This document shows, in pieces, positions 24,360 to 36,872 of a stretch of DNA of 64,000 bases (the stretch's first letter is position 1; the number at the start of each line of letters is the position of its first letter). The stretch is taken from the NCBI RefSeq assembly GCF_000143415.4, contig NW_003314290.1, positions 1,045,586 to 1,109,585 on the forward strand, in the 5' to 3' direction. The notes beneath the pieces are model-generated. The model was not told the DNA's origin, made no database searches, and saw only the letters and a list, made by a program, of their open reading frames with translations. The stretch is from Selaginella moellendorffii (lineage: Eukaryota > Plantae > Lycopodiophyta). The position numbers were made by a program, and so were the translations under genes.

Positions 24360-24980
24360 TTGTGTATGTGTATATATATATATACATATACATACACATA
24401 CATAAACATATATATAATACACATATACACATATATATACATACATATATATATATATATACACAAAAGTGTATATATACACATACACCTTTAGATTTAG
24501 ATTTAGCTGTGATACAATTTGGGATTCATTTTGAAGCCTCTTGCTTCGTGCAGAGCCAAATATGTGAAAATGGATCAAGTTAGAAATGTTATGGCCAACA
24601 CTTCATCAAGATTTTATACGACTTGTGCATGCACTTACTCCAGTGCATGCACAAGTAAGTGCATGCACTTACTCCAGCCGTAAGTGCATGTAAGTGCATG
24701 CACTTACATGCACTTACGCATGCACTTGTTGCATGTGGCAACAACATGACAATTAACACTATTCTATTGTATATCAGTTATATGTTACTGCTAGCTGACA
24801 CCAAGTTTTACTTAGAAAACTCATTTACATACATATACATACATATATGTATGTATATATTTATATACATACATATATGTATGTATATATTTATATACAT
24901 ACATATATGTATGTATTTTACCATTATTATGTATGTATATAAATATATATACATACATAATAATTGTATGTATATATATT
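24360..24980. repeat. TA/CA microsatellites flanking TGCATGCACTTAC repeats (24625-24735)
   Basis: Read directly. Confidence 0.85.
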
Positions 24981-26030
24981 GCCATGATAGAATATGAACC
25001 TCAAACCTCTACTCACAAGATTTGAACTCAACACCTACTCCTATCACAAGAAATCCTGATAAGGAACTATAAACTAAAACTATGTTATTTTAATAACAAA
25101 TTTTAATTTGTTAATATATAATATATTTATAAAATACAGTTTTAGAAATAATTATTATTTTAAAAAACCTATGATAGAAGTGTATTTTAATAATACATTA
25201 GATACTTTAAAATATTGTTCCATTAGCTAACATTTTCTTCTTCCCAAAATCAAAATGTTTCAAAGTTGAAACATGATTCACTATTAAGAAAATTTAATAA
25301 GGATTAACACTTTCATAGATATATTTCAATTTTAAAATTTAAGTTTTATTTAGATCATAATTTAAATTCAACAACAGTTAATATTATTTAAGAACTTTAT
25401 TAAGCCCTAAAATGTACTTAGAAAACTTTCAAGTTATGAAATTAATTTTATTAAATATAGGGTGATATATGTAAAATTTAGGAGTTCATATTTTAATATA
25501 ATATGTCACATTATTTATGTTATTGTTATAGTGAGAGGGCAATATAAACTATTAATTCTCACCATTTTGTTTAATGGACCATGCAAGTGATGAATAATAA
25601 TAATTAATACTTAATTCCTCTATAAAATATTAGTTAATATCATGAAATTGCAAAACAAAAATGTTTAATAGCATAATTTGTTTTATAACAAATCTCCATT
25701 ACTCACAAAATATTCCAAGTGTTGTTGGATTGTTAGAACCTATAAAGGACAATATTTTATTTCGTATTCAATTAGTTTACCTCTAAAGGACATCATATCA
25801 CAGCCAATGCAATTGGAATTATTAGTGATTTAATTTCATATTAAATACTAATTACTTGGATATGTATTCATAATTTCTATCATTAGTCTTATCTTCTAGA
25901 AATATAGAAACTATTAATTAATTAACTAGAATGGTTTTGTATTATTAGAAAAAAACAGATTTTAATTCAAATTTTTAGATTATAAAAGATAATAAATCCT
26001 AAATAAAAATTAAATATCTTAAATTATAAA

Positions 26031-26901
26031 ATGTCTGTTATAAGAAATATTATATATTCAATTTTTTTTCTTAATAGTCTTTCGTTTTTACACTGCTCAT
26101 GCTCCAAAATATTATCCAAGGTTTGGAAGTACAGGAATATTAAGTGCAAATGATATAACTAAAATTATAGGTGTTTTTACAAATTTAATAAGTAATATTA
26201 ATCGTAAAGATTCTTATCCCTCTGGTTTTACAACAGGAAAAACTATTTCGACTTCACAAGGAACTGTTAATGTTTTTATGAAAATCAAAGAAGAATGCAC
26301 AAATGAAAATAATATGCTAGGTGATAATTTAATACGTGGCTTTGATAATATTTTACAGCAAAGTCTTACAGCTTTAAGTAAAGAATTATCAGATTTTTTT
26401 GAACGAGAAAGTAATAGATACTTTATACAATATAAATTGGTTAGAGATAATACTGATCTTCTAAATTTAAAAATATCAAACAAAAACTATAATATCTATT
26501 ATGATGTTTATAAGAAATGTTTTTTACGAAGTAGTACTTTATTCTCAACATCAATTTTATATCCAGAAAATTTTTTAATTTCTTCAAATGGTAAAAATAT
26601 TTTATATTTAGATTTAAAGTGTAATCTAGTTTTTTACTCACAACAGATATTAATTTGGAATTCAAATACTTCAAGATATAGGCTTTCTAACTGTTTTTTA
26701 TTATTACAATTAGATGGTAATTTAGTTTTATACTCTGGTAAAAACTCTTTATGGGAAACTAATACTAATTGTAAAACTAGTAATGGTTGTGTATTACTAA
26801 CATTGTTTAGTGTTTTTAATAATTTTAAACTAAAACTTTATTCAGAGAAATTTCCAAATACTATTTTATGGGAATGGAAAACATCAATTTTTTTTTCTTA
26901 G
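26031..26901 (+). pseudogene. Intronless, very AT-rich, probably secreted protein with C-terminal bulb-type (GNA/B-) lectin domain; one frameshift in a T8 run
   Basis: ORF 26278-26901 contains LISSNG..LLLQLDGNLVLYSG..LWETNT. The frame is open upstream to ~26068. Removing one T from 26062-26069 joins it to ATG 26031 (MSVIRNIIYSIFFLIVFRFYTAHA, signal-peptide-like). Confidence 0.75.
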
Positions 26902-29139
26902 TATAATTTTTAATAATATTTAGAATTATTATTATTATAATTTAATGAAGTATTTTTTTTTTCAAGAATTAGAATGATTTTCAGTAGTATTCTCCCTTTT
27001 GTTTATGCTATCTATTCTTTCTTTTTCTTTAGATTTAATTTTGATTATTTTCAACTCTAACTTTCTATTATTATGATCTTGTTTAGATTTAATATTTCTT
27101 TAAATGCTTATTGCATTCTTTATGCTATCTGCCACAATGCTAATACTCTATATTGAAGTTTATGATTTTTTAGAGAAGACTCTGACTTCATTGTCCATAC
27201 CCTTTCATTTTTCCTTTTATATATAGGTTTCATAGTATGTTCATTTTAAGTCTTCTAGTGTGTATATACAATTTGTCTCACCACAACATTACAATTATTC
27301 TACACTCACAGCTCTTTAGCCATGACCATATTATACTAGTTCACATCCAATAGTTCGCAATCTCAAAAGATCTATGAATATGAAGCTCTTCAACCATGAT
27401 TTCATTATGTTAGTGTAGCAATTTCAAATTATTTGAAATTTCCATACTCATTATGATAAGAAAGATAAACAAGTACCAATGAGATTGTGCAATAAAAAAA
27501 GTGTTAGATAAATTTGTAATCTTTTGATTTTGGACTTTCCGAAAGGTCACCTACATTTAACCCCAAATATTCCAAAACCCTTAATTGATTTGAAAAAAGG
27601 ATGCACTTATTGTTTATGGCCCCTTTCTCTCTATAATTGAAATTTATAGATTCTCTTAAATCATTCTCTTTGGTTGTTTATAACCACATCATCTCCTTAT
27701 TGTCATGGTCAAGGTTAGGGAAAAATAAGTGGTATAAAAGCCACAATAATAATGAGTTTCCTATAACTCTTCTTTCTCAGCTTGAATTGTACATATAGAT
27801 GCAGAGATTAATTAGGTTTTTTGCATTTGATAAAGTGTGGATGAACTACCAATTAAATAGGGAATCCACTTAGTAGAGGCACACACCATAACATAGCTAT
27901 GTACAAAATCATGTTGCAGTCAAAGAGAGCACACACAAAGCCACACTCAACACTAGCCCTTCCCCAAAAATAAAACCCTAACATCAAAAAGCTTATTTAT
28001 AGACTATAATTAGCCTTGACTCTATCCTTCTTTTGTGCCCAACTAAGATTTAGGAAGAAAGGTTTTTCTCTCTAATTCTCCCAGTGGGGCATTGGATTGA
28101 AAGTTGCAATGATGGCTAGTTCATATTTAACTTTTTGTATGAATTGTGGCAACAGTCTCTCTATCATTGCCATGGATTGGCAACTCCTAGCTCTAGGACA
28201 CATCCAATTGTATTCCTAAAAATCCTTTTGTAGGATTTTTAAAAAGTTATGCAAATTCAATTTGGAAGGTTTATTTTGATATGTCATCATCCAATACTAT
28301 GTGGTCTTACATGACTCAAGTGTTCACAAATTGTGAAATGCATTTTTTCTGATCCAAAACTTTTGAAGCTGGCTTTAGCAAGGTTATCTATTGATGGGTA
28401 TCCCCATCCATAAATATGCATTAGGAAGGCAAACATGATACAGTGTCAAGGGTTTCTAGAAGTAGCAAGTAATATGAGGCATAAGGTTTATAATAGTACT
28501 ATGGGCTAAATAACCTCATGAGAAGTTGAAATTCAAGAGTTTACAAAATAATGATAATATTCATGAACATGTCCCAAAGTATGAGCACTAGTAGTCACTT
28601 CAACTAAACAAAGGCTATCACATCCACCCTAAAAAAATCTGCATCATCACAAAGTGTTCACAAACATAGTCACTTGGACATAAATAAAATGATTGAAAAT
28701 TATATAAATTCCTAGCCCTAGGTTGACTAATTGAATCTTTGCTTTGATACCATGTTACTTGAATGAATTATGATGATTCTTTAGCTGAGATTCCAATTGC
28801 ACTAGAGAATTATCTTTTGAATTATCTTTCTTGTTCAAGGTGCAACAACATACCTCCTTCAAATAGCACTACTATAGTTTGACCACACTAAAATTTAAAA
28901 GGCCATCCACCAAGCTATCTTGTAGATAACTATTACCTTTTTATTCCTCTCTAGCACCTGATGTAAAATTTACACTTACAAGTTTTTTTTATATCACATA
29001 TAGACCTCATTCTGATAAGTGTTTGTGATTCCAAATACTATTTTTTGATAGCCAAAAGGTATTTTCCTCTTTTTTTTTTTTTTTGTTCTGTTCATTTATA
29101 ATATTGTACTCATCAAAAGTACTTGGCAACTAATTCATT

Positions 29140-29750
29140 TTCTTCACAATGAGAAGCTATCAAATGGAAATGGGTTTTTAAAGTTAAAACACATTCTGAC
29201 AATTTTATTGACAAGTTTAAAGCTCAGTTAGTTGTAAAAGGATATTCACAAGTTGCTGGTATGGATTTCCAAGATACATTCTCTTTAGTGGCTTGAAGTA
29301 CTATTATTCATATATTTCTTGCTCTAGCTATTGAATTTGATTATGACATTCATCAGATAGATGTGAAGATAATGTTTTTCAATGGTGATTTACAAAAGGA
29401 GATCTATATATGAAACAACCAGAAGGATATGTTACCTCTACCAAGATTTAGTATGTAAGCTTCAATGTTCATTTTATAGACTAAAACAAGTGGTATATAC
29501 TTGATTTTATAATATCGATTTTTATTTATATAGAGAAGAGTTTCAAGCTAAGTGCAGATTCAAATCTTTTTTTGAAAGGGACACCACCCTTCTTTGTGAT
29601 TATTGTTCTTTATATTGATAATACAATTCTCATGATGAATAGCTTGATTTTTTTTGCTAATGTTAAGTCCCACTTAAGCACACCTTTTGACATGGTCAAG
29701 GCTCTATACATTATTGCTTAGGCATTAAGATCACACATAATTTTGATCAA
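29140..29750 (+). mobile_element. Degraded Ty1/copia reverse transcriptase
   Basis: KWVFKVK..FKAQLVVKGYSQ..DFQDTFS..HQIDVK..NGDL..MKQPEG, with stops and frameshifts. Confidence 0.88.
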
Positions 29751-29905
29751 GGTATTTAGTGAGACCTGGTAGCATAAACAACTAGTGAGACCTGGTAGCA
29801 TAAAATTACAGGAGTACTGTACATGCCAGATACTACGTTATTACTCTTCAACCAAGAACCGTCCACTCAACACAAGATAAAGAAGATGCAAAAAGAAGAA
29901 TACTC

Positions 29906-31353
29906 CTACCCTGTTCGAATTGTTGATGGGATTGGTTCGTAACCAGGAGGACCTGGTCTGTTTGGGGGGAGCTTCCTCAATATATAGAGAACCAACGCCG
30001 AGGGAAGAATCTCCACAAGCTGGAAGACACGCAAAAGTGTTAGAACATCCATCGTTTTCTTCTTTAGAAGCTTACTAGGTAGACAACGGTGTCCAAAACT
30101 GGATGATCCAACACATCTAAATCTCCACGCTTGTCAAATGCAGCCCACGCCATCTGGTGAGAGATTAGTTGGCAAACTCATCCTTAAGAAAAAGAGGGAA
30201 AAAGAGGAGTTTCTCTTACAATTCCGGATCTGATTGTAAAGCAAGTGAAGCATATAGCAGTCACAAGGCCGACCTACAAAACAGCTGAGTAGGATAAGAT
30301 GCCGTGAAAGAGACTGATGTAATTACCTCACGCAGCTTTTTCCTGCGGCCCTTTGATTCGATGGGAAATCTTTGTAGCATCAAGAACAGCCTGGAAACAA
30401 AACAGTCTTTCTCTCCGTCACCAAAAGCTCAACACCGACCTTCCACCGTAGAGAAGAAACCCGATCGCTGCACCCAATGACACGCCGGCAAAGAAAATCT
30501 TGGAGAAGCTCTCGAGAAGGCCAAGTGGCTTCCACCAGACAATCAGCCACACAAGGATCTACACATCAAAGCTTGAATAGTTACAGGCTGGAAGAATCGA
30601 AGGAGAAAAAAACAGAGAGCAAAAAAGGAAAGAAAAGCGAACCTGGATTGTGTAGATGATGGTATTGATCACCACAAAGGTTGGTCTCAGGTTATCCGTC
30701 GGAAGGCTCCGAGCCTGGACAAAATCCAAGATTCCGCAAGGAAAGAGACTATCAATCACCCAAGCAATCAAGATCTCTAGCCTAGATTTACCTGGTGATA
30801 AATCTCAGCCCAGAAGAGTACTAGCAAAGTGTACGTCGTGAAGAACAAGAGTCCGGGTAAATCCAGAAGAAGTGATTGTAAAATCTACATAAAGCAGTAG
30901 AGAAAAAGGAAGAGATCGTTTAGAGAAACTCCAAAAGACTTCAATTCCTCACCCGGGGCTCAAGGAACTGGACTTGGCGCCGGAAGAAGAACACCACAGC
31001 TCGGACTAGCAAACGAAGAGATCAATCCAAAGTTCTAAGATGGAAGAATCTCACCTCCATTTACAAGGAAATTCAGCAAATGGAAGACCTTCTGCGTGGT
31101 CCAGCCATACTCGGGGACGCGAATCTCGATCCGGATGAGTTGTATCTGCGAGAGAAATCGCCACGATTCCCCAAGAATCAATAGAAAAGACCAGAAAACT
31201 AGTCGGATTCCATACCAGGGCGACGAGAGCTACAAGGAGATAGGCGCCGGAGAGCGAGTAGTAGAATCGATTCTGCCATGCCTTGGACTCGTTGAGAGTG
31301 TACCACCAATCCTCCGCGGCGCTGTGGAAATGAAGGAGAAGAAATCTGGCCAT
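29906..31353 (-). CDS. Tobamovirus multiplication protein 1/3 family, multi-exon membrane protein
   Basis: [70 protein letters not shown]. Confidence 0.92.
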
Positions 31354-31704
31354 CGCATCCAAGCTCCTGGCCCCTGCCCTTGCAGGCGCTCGGCCGCCCT
31401 CTCTCCCTCCGACCTAAAGCAAATCAGTGTAGGGGCCACGTCAGATGACACGTAAACCGCCACGTTTACATAGGATATGCTAGAATATCCACGTTGGATA
31501 TTTTGATAAAATTCTTTTGGATACCTCAATAGTGAGTTTACAAGACAGTCGAGTTCTAGAGTTCCTGTTTTACAAGCAAAGCTTTAGAGTTCCTGGCACA
31601 CAATCTCGATTAGAAAGCAAACGATGAGCACTTCCGCCACTTACAGTGTGTCAAAACGTTGGAGTGTTCTTCGAGAGCGCCGAGCTTGTCCTGCCATTGT
31701 TTTG

Positions 31705-34207
31705 CTACTTCTTCCTCCTCTTTTTACTCCTCTCGTCGCCGCTGCTGTCGGAGTCGGACTCGGACTCGGATTCGCTTGAAGACGAAGATGATGGTTCCGA
31801 CAACGAGCTCTCGCTGTCTGAGCTTTCGTCGTCGCTGCTCTCCACCGGCTTCTGCTGCTCCATGATGAACCGGGGCATGTTTTTGAGGTACTCTCGCAAG
31901 CTGTCCGTGAGACCACCCAGACCGATGGAAGTGAAGAAGTTGATGGCGAAGCGTGTGTTCTTCGGGTTGTCCCGCGGGAAGATGCCGCCCACGTTTCTCT
32001 GCATCTGCTCGTCTGGGTCTGTGAGGCGTTCGTTCAGCTTTTGCAGTCCCAGATGCTCCGAAAGCTCCTGAATAGAGAGAAAAGTGAGCAAACGAGAAAC
32101 CAAAATGCAAAAGCTCATACCTGGAACAGGATCTTGATGAAGATACGAGACGATGATGTCGTCGCCTCCTCGGTCAAGTTGATGTACTCGAGAGTTGTCC
32201 ATGGAAGAGCGTCCGTCCCTAGCAAATGCGCAAAGAACTTGGCCACGTTCCTGAGCTTGTTCGTTTCTAGCCTGTGTATTGTTGTGTACTGGCCGAGGAA
32301 GCACTCGTCAAAATGTTGCTGGAACACTTGGTTGATCATGCAAAATCGCTGGCCCAAAAGCCCATAGTATCTCAGGTACGTCCGTTCTTGGCTGCAGCAT
32401 TCTAAAAGCATGATACACAGTTCTTTCTGCAGAGACGTGTAGGATCATTAGCCACAAATATTGAAAGAAAAGAAGGAACATACCTCTTGGCCTGGTTCCA
32501 GCTTTATCTTTAAAAGCTTATGGCCAGCCTCTTCAAAATCGACACTTGACATGATCGTTAGATATATGGTACGCCTGAGGTTCACCAAGTTTGTTTCTGT
32601 GAGGTCTTGGATGCTCTGCGAAGGATCATCTTCATCTTCTTCTTCTTCGCCCTCGTCTTCATCGTCCTCCTCTTCGGAACCAGAGGCTGACCCATCCTTT
32701 TCCTCTTTTTCGTCACCGAGAATGCTGTTCTTAATGGTCTCGTATTTCTTCTCATTCTCCAAGTAATCAGGATCCGGAGCAAAGATGTCTGGAGGCACGA
32801 GAAACGTGAGATAAGATCAGGTACGCTTTTTGGACTTACCAAGGCGACTTTCTGGATCCAGGTCCTTGTCTAGAAGGGAAATCTGATGTGTTTCCTGGTC
32901 ACCTTCTTCAACAAGATCCAATTCTGAGATTATTGCTGGATGTCCCTGCGCAGACCATGACAATTTGAGTCTAAAACATTGAAAGACAGAACAAGTTCAT
33001 ACCTGAAAGTTCGATTTTCGTAAAGCAAAAACTCCCTCGATCATGAATTGAACACGTTTGTCGATCTCTCCCTCGTGAAGAACAGCTCGGAACCGATCGA
33101 AAATCACTGCCAGAAAAGCGTCAGATGATTTAAAAGAATGTCCACACGAAAAACATACTCTGAAAGCACTTGGGAGAAATCTCCAGCAAATACGCTCCAC
33201 ACTCCTTGAGAAATCCAACAGCCACCTAAATGGACAATGCATATTGGTACCAAGGATCGCCAAAATTCCATACTCTTACCTCTATACTATCATCTGTAGG
33301 ATTTTCCAGCAGGAGCATTAGCAACTCAAGTGCAATCACTTCATGGGCAACTCGTTGATTAACAAGATGCGCCAGGAACTTTGTCACTGCGAGTAAAACG
33401 GGCTGGAAATAAAGGAAAGAAAAACCAAGCTCAGTAGAATAAAGAGAGAAAAACAAACACCATTACCTTGTCATTTCTTTTGAAGGCCCTGCGAAACTGT
33501 AGGATGATTCTTGTCAGCAGCAATCCTCCAAGAGCTGGAAACTTGGTGTTGATCACAGCAACAAGGCCGGCAAACACGTGTGTGAAAGCAGGCGAGGCCA
33601 TCTGCGACTTCATGCACGATCTCGCAAACAATCCTCTCCCCCGGATCAAGTTCTCGGCAATGAGCTCCTTGAGGATGTTCCGGATGTTGGAAGTGTTCAC
33701 CTTGTTCACGAGACCATTGATACTCTTGCGCAGAGCATCCCAGGCCATCCTCTGGTACTCCACGCTCGTCTTGTCTTTCACATCCCTCATCATCTGGGCG
33801 AGCTTGAAAGGAGGAATATATGTCCCTCCACTCCTACCCGCAGGAAGCACAATCTTCTCCTCTTTGGCATCGTCGTCTCGCCGCTTGCTAGCATCTTCGT
33901 CTCGCCCCCTTCTGCTAGAATCCTCGCCTCGCCCCCTTCTGCTAGAATCTTCGTCTCGCCCTCGCCTGCTAGAATCTTCCCGTCTGCTGGCATCTTCGTC
34001 TCGCCCCCGCCAGCGATCTTCGTCCCTGGCGTCGTCGCGGCGCCTCTTATCTTGATCGCTCGATCTCCGACCTCTGTCTCCATCTTCATCACGGCCCTTG
34101 CGTTTGCTGCGGCGCTCATCATAGTCTTCCCTGCGCTCCTCTCTGGCGCCATGGTTTAGATCGCCGCCATACCTGTCAGATGCCGGTACCGCCACTGCCG
34201 CAGCCAT
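31705..34207 (-). CDS. CWC22: Pre-mRNA splicing factor CWC22 (MIF4G and MA3 domains)
   Basis: [75 protein letters not shown]. Confidence 0.96.
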
Positions 34208-34308
34208 TGCTCCACTCCCAAGAACCCTAATTCTCACTCATATCTTTTAGGGTTCGTCAGAGATAAATGGGATATCTCTTTAGGGTTCCTGAGAGAGGGG
34301 GAGAGAAA
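34208..34308. promoter_or_regulatory. ~100-bp bidirectional promoter region with three telo-box-like motifs
   Basis: Divergent ATGs at 34207 and 34309; AACCCTAA near 34223; TTAGGGTT near 34247 and 34280. Confidence 0.6.
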
Positions 34309-35004
34309 ATGCCGAAGAAGATGGGGATCAACAGCAAGGCGGAGGAGGCGCGATCGCGCAAGGCCGAGGCGGAATCAGAGCGCAAGGATCGCGAGTCCAA
34401 GGACAAGGAGGACAGGTACTGGCAGGAGCTGGAAGGCCCCAAATCGAGGTCGAGCAAGAAGCGCGAAGAGGAAGCCGAGAAGAAGGCCGAGATCCTGGCC
34501 AAGAAGGCCGAGGCGCGGCGGCTGGCCGAGAAGGAGGAGCGCGAGATGGAGGGCTACGGCAAAAAGGTGGACAAGAAATCCCTGCGCGTGGGCGTTGGAT
34601 CCCCGGCGGTTCCCAAAGTGACGGCGGTGGAGCTGGAGCGGCAGAGGGAGGCGGAGGCGGCGCGGCTGGCGGCGCTAGCGGCGGAGACCAAGCGGCGGGA
34701 GATGCGAGCCACGGATGAGCAGGAGTATGAGAAGATGGTGGCGGTGGAGAACGTGAACAGGGCGGAGGATCTGATCGAGGCCAGGAGTGTGGAGGCGGCC
34801 ATCGCCCAGATGGCCATCCCGGACGAGCTCCCGGTGGATCGCCACCCGGAGAAGCGCGCGAGGGCGAGCTACAAGGCGTTTGAGGAGGTGGAGCTGGCCA
34901 AGCTCAAGGCGGACAAGCCCGGATTGACGCACACGCAGTACAAGGATTTGCTGTGGAAGCTGTGGAAGAAATCTCCAGACAATCCTTTGAACCAGGTGGG
35001 CTAG
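34309..35004 (+). CDS. CCDC124: Coiled-coil domain-containing protein 124 / Lso2 homolog
   Basis: MPKKMGINSKAEEARSRK...DRHPEKRARASYKAFEE..LKADKPGL..QYKDLLWKLWKKSPDNPLNQ. The last codons may be spliced. Confidence 0.93.
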   Translation: MPKKMGINSKAEEARSRKAEAESERKDRESKDKEDRYWQELEGPKSRSSKKREEEAEKKAEILAKKAEARRLAEKEEREMEGYGKKVDKKSLRVGVGSPAVPKVTAVELERQREAEAARLAALAAETKRREMRATDEQEYEKMVAVENVNRAEDLIEARSVEAAIAQMAIPDELPVDRHPEKRARASYKAFEEVELAKLKADKPGLTHTQYKDLLWKLWKKSPDNPLNQVG

Positions 35005-35311
35005 AAAGAACTCTCTCTCTCTCTCTCGTGGAACTCTCCTCGGCAAGTTCTAGTATGATCTTAGGTGGGGTGATTGGAAAAACTCCAGCCAGCGCGTAGG
35101 TAGTTAACGAGCACGAACGAACGAATGCTAAGGGCTGCTAGGAAAATAAATGTACGAGCTCGAGATCGAGTTCTATGGTCTTTTGGATCCTCCAAAACGA
35201 GTAGCATGGGAGCACCAGCAGCTTTGAGCTGGAAAAACAATGGACTCTTTTATGGCGATGGGCGATGGCTATGGCTTCCACTGCGATTGCGAAGATAATG
35301 CATTGAAAAAC

Positions 35312-36318
35312 TTACGCGTGGAAGCGCACCACGATGCAAGAGATATCATCCCTGCTCTTCTTCTGGACGGCTGTGTTTGTCAAACACTTCGCTGCCTCCT
35401 CCGGGTCTTTGATGCCTCGGATCAAGTCCACTGCCACTTGGTTCTCGATCACCTGAGCGTTACATTTCAATCTGAGACGTCAAACAGCAAAACCACGAGA
35501 TCGAGCGCATACCTTCCAGAGTCCATCGCTTCCGAGGATCATAAACTCGGACCTCTCGCTCAGGATAACTTCGCAGACGTGGGGCTCGGCGCTTAGATGT
35601 TGCTTCAAGCTCTTGTCACCAAAGGCGCGTGCCACCGCAAGTTGGCCATCAACGCGTGCTACATCTCCTACATGGACGAGATCACGAAAGCGATGCTTAG
35701 AAGAAAAGAAAAGAGATACACTTTTCTTTTGACTAGCAGTTACCTGGAAAATGAGTGACATGACCCCCTCGGCTTTCCACCAGCTGACGTTCAGCGCTGG
35801 GTTCGTGGTCTACAGAGAGTTGCTTGGCTTCGCCGGCTTCGCACAGTACCGCTCGAGAGTCTCCAACGTTTGCAACCAGCAGCCTTTTGTTGTCGACGAC
35901 AATAGCAGTGACTGCAGTGGAGCCGCCAGGATGCGACATTTGCAAGATCACAGCATCAGTGCTGTGGTACGCGTTTTCCAGGGCCGTTTTCGGATTGCAA
36001 AAGAGATCAGGCTGATGCAGAAGCGAAAAAGCCAGTCAGTACCGAAAGGGAAATGGAGAGTCTGTGTATTACCTCGTCAAGGATAGTGTCGAACAAGTTC
36101 TCCTCGAGATAATCGGCGACATCTCTCCCTAGGTGTCCGTCATACACCGCGAAAAGCCCGAGCTTGTGTCCCTTGAACTCCTTGTACAAGCTCACCAGCA
36201 CATCCTCCATGGGATGCCTTGCCTTGCCTTTGATCTTGGAGAAGCCGTGCATGACATGGAACGATTCCCCCTTGCCCGTCTCTCGAGAGGAGTTGAAGGA
36301 GAAGACCCTGGGAGCCAT
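35312..36318 (-). CDS. Protein phosphatase 2C; start codon uncertain
   Basis: MED..LFAVYDGHLG, GGSTAVT, ANVGDSRAV, RVDGQLAVARAFGD, ILGSDGLW, DDISCIVVRF. Confidence 0.92.
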
Positions 36319-36872
36319 CTGCAAGCCCCTTCCCCTGAGAAATCCATATAGACGACTGAAAAGTCCACAGCACCTTATGGAGATCATTGAGCTTGAAACA
36401 CATGTGGGATTCCTGCTGCTCCTGCGAACCATAAAGCCGCGATAACCCTGTGGAAGTGCGGAAGTTGAAAATGTCTTCAACGAAAGGTCTAAGCCACTAC
36501 CATTTTGCCGGAAGAAGTGTCTTACCAGCAACAGAACCAGTCAAAAAAGGAGGAGCTCACGCAAGCAGCAAGCAACAGGCTAGACTTACCCCAGTCGCTC
36601 ACGGTGCGTGTTCTACGACAAATCCAGGAGAACCGAGCCGTTTCAAAGGCGTTTGTACACCATCCCAGCAAGCGCCTTATAACCGGAAGCTTTGATTCAG
36701 TACCAGCTATCGCCTGGCAGAGCTTCAGGAATAGCCAGCGAAAAAATTCATTCCATTACCTCCTTGGGTCCACAGAAACTCGAAAGGAGCAACGAACAGG
36801 CTGGCGCCGCGTGGCAAAGCCGTATAACCAGCGTCACAGCAAAGTAGAGATTTCGAAAAAATGAAGTACCTG

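Noticed and set aside
24324-24997. YI/HI-rich ORFs
   Set aside because: Microsatellite translations.
30137-30153. Partial match to the 22-bp motif
   Set aside because: It is TOM1-like coding sequence (MAWAAF) on the minus strand; the arms are incomplete.
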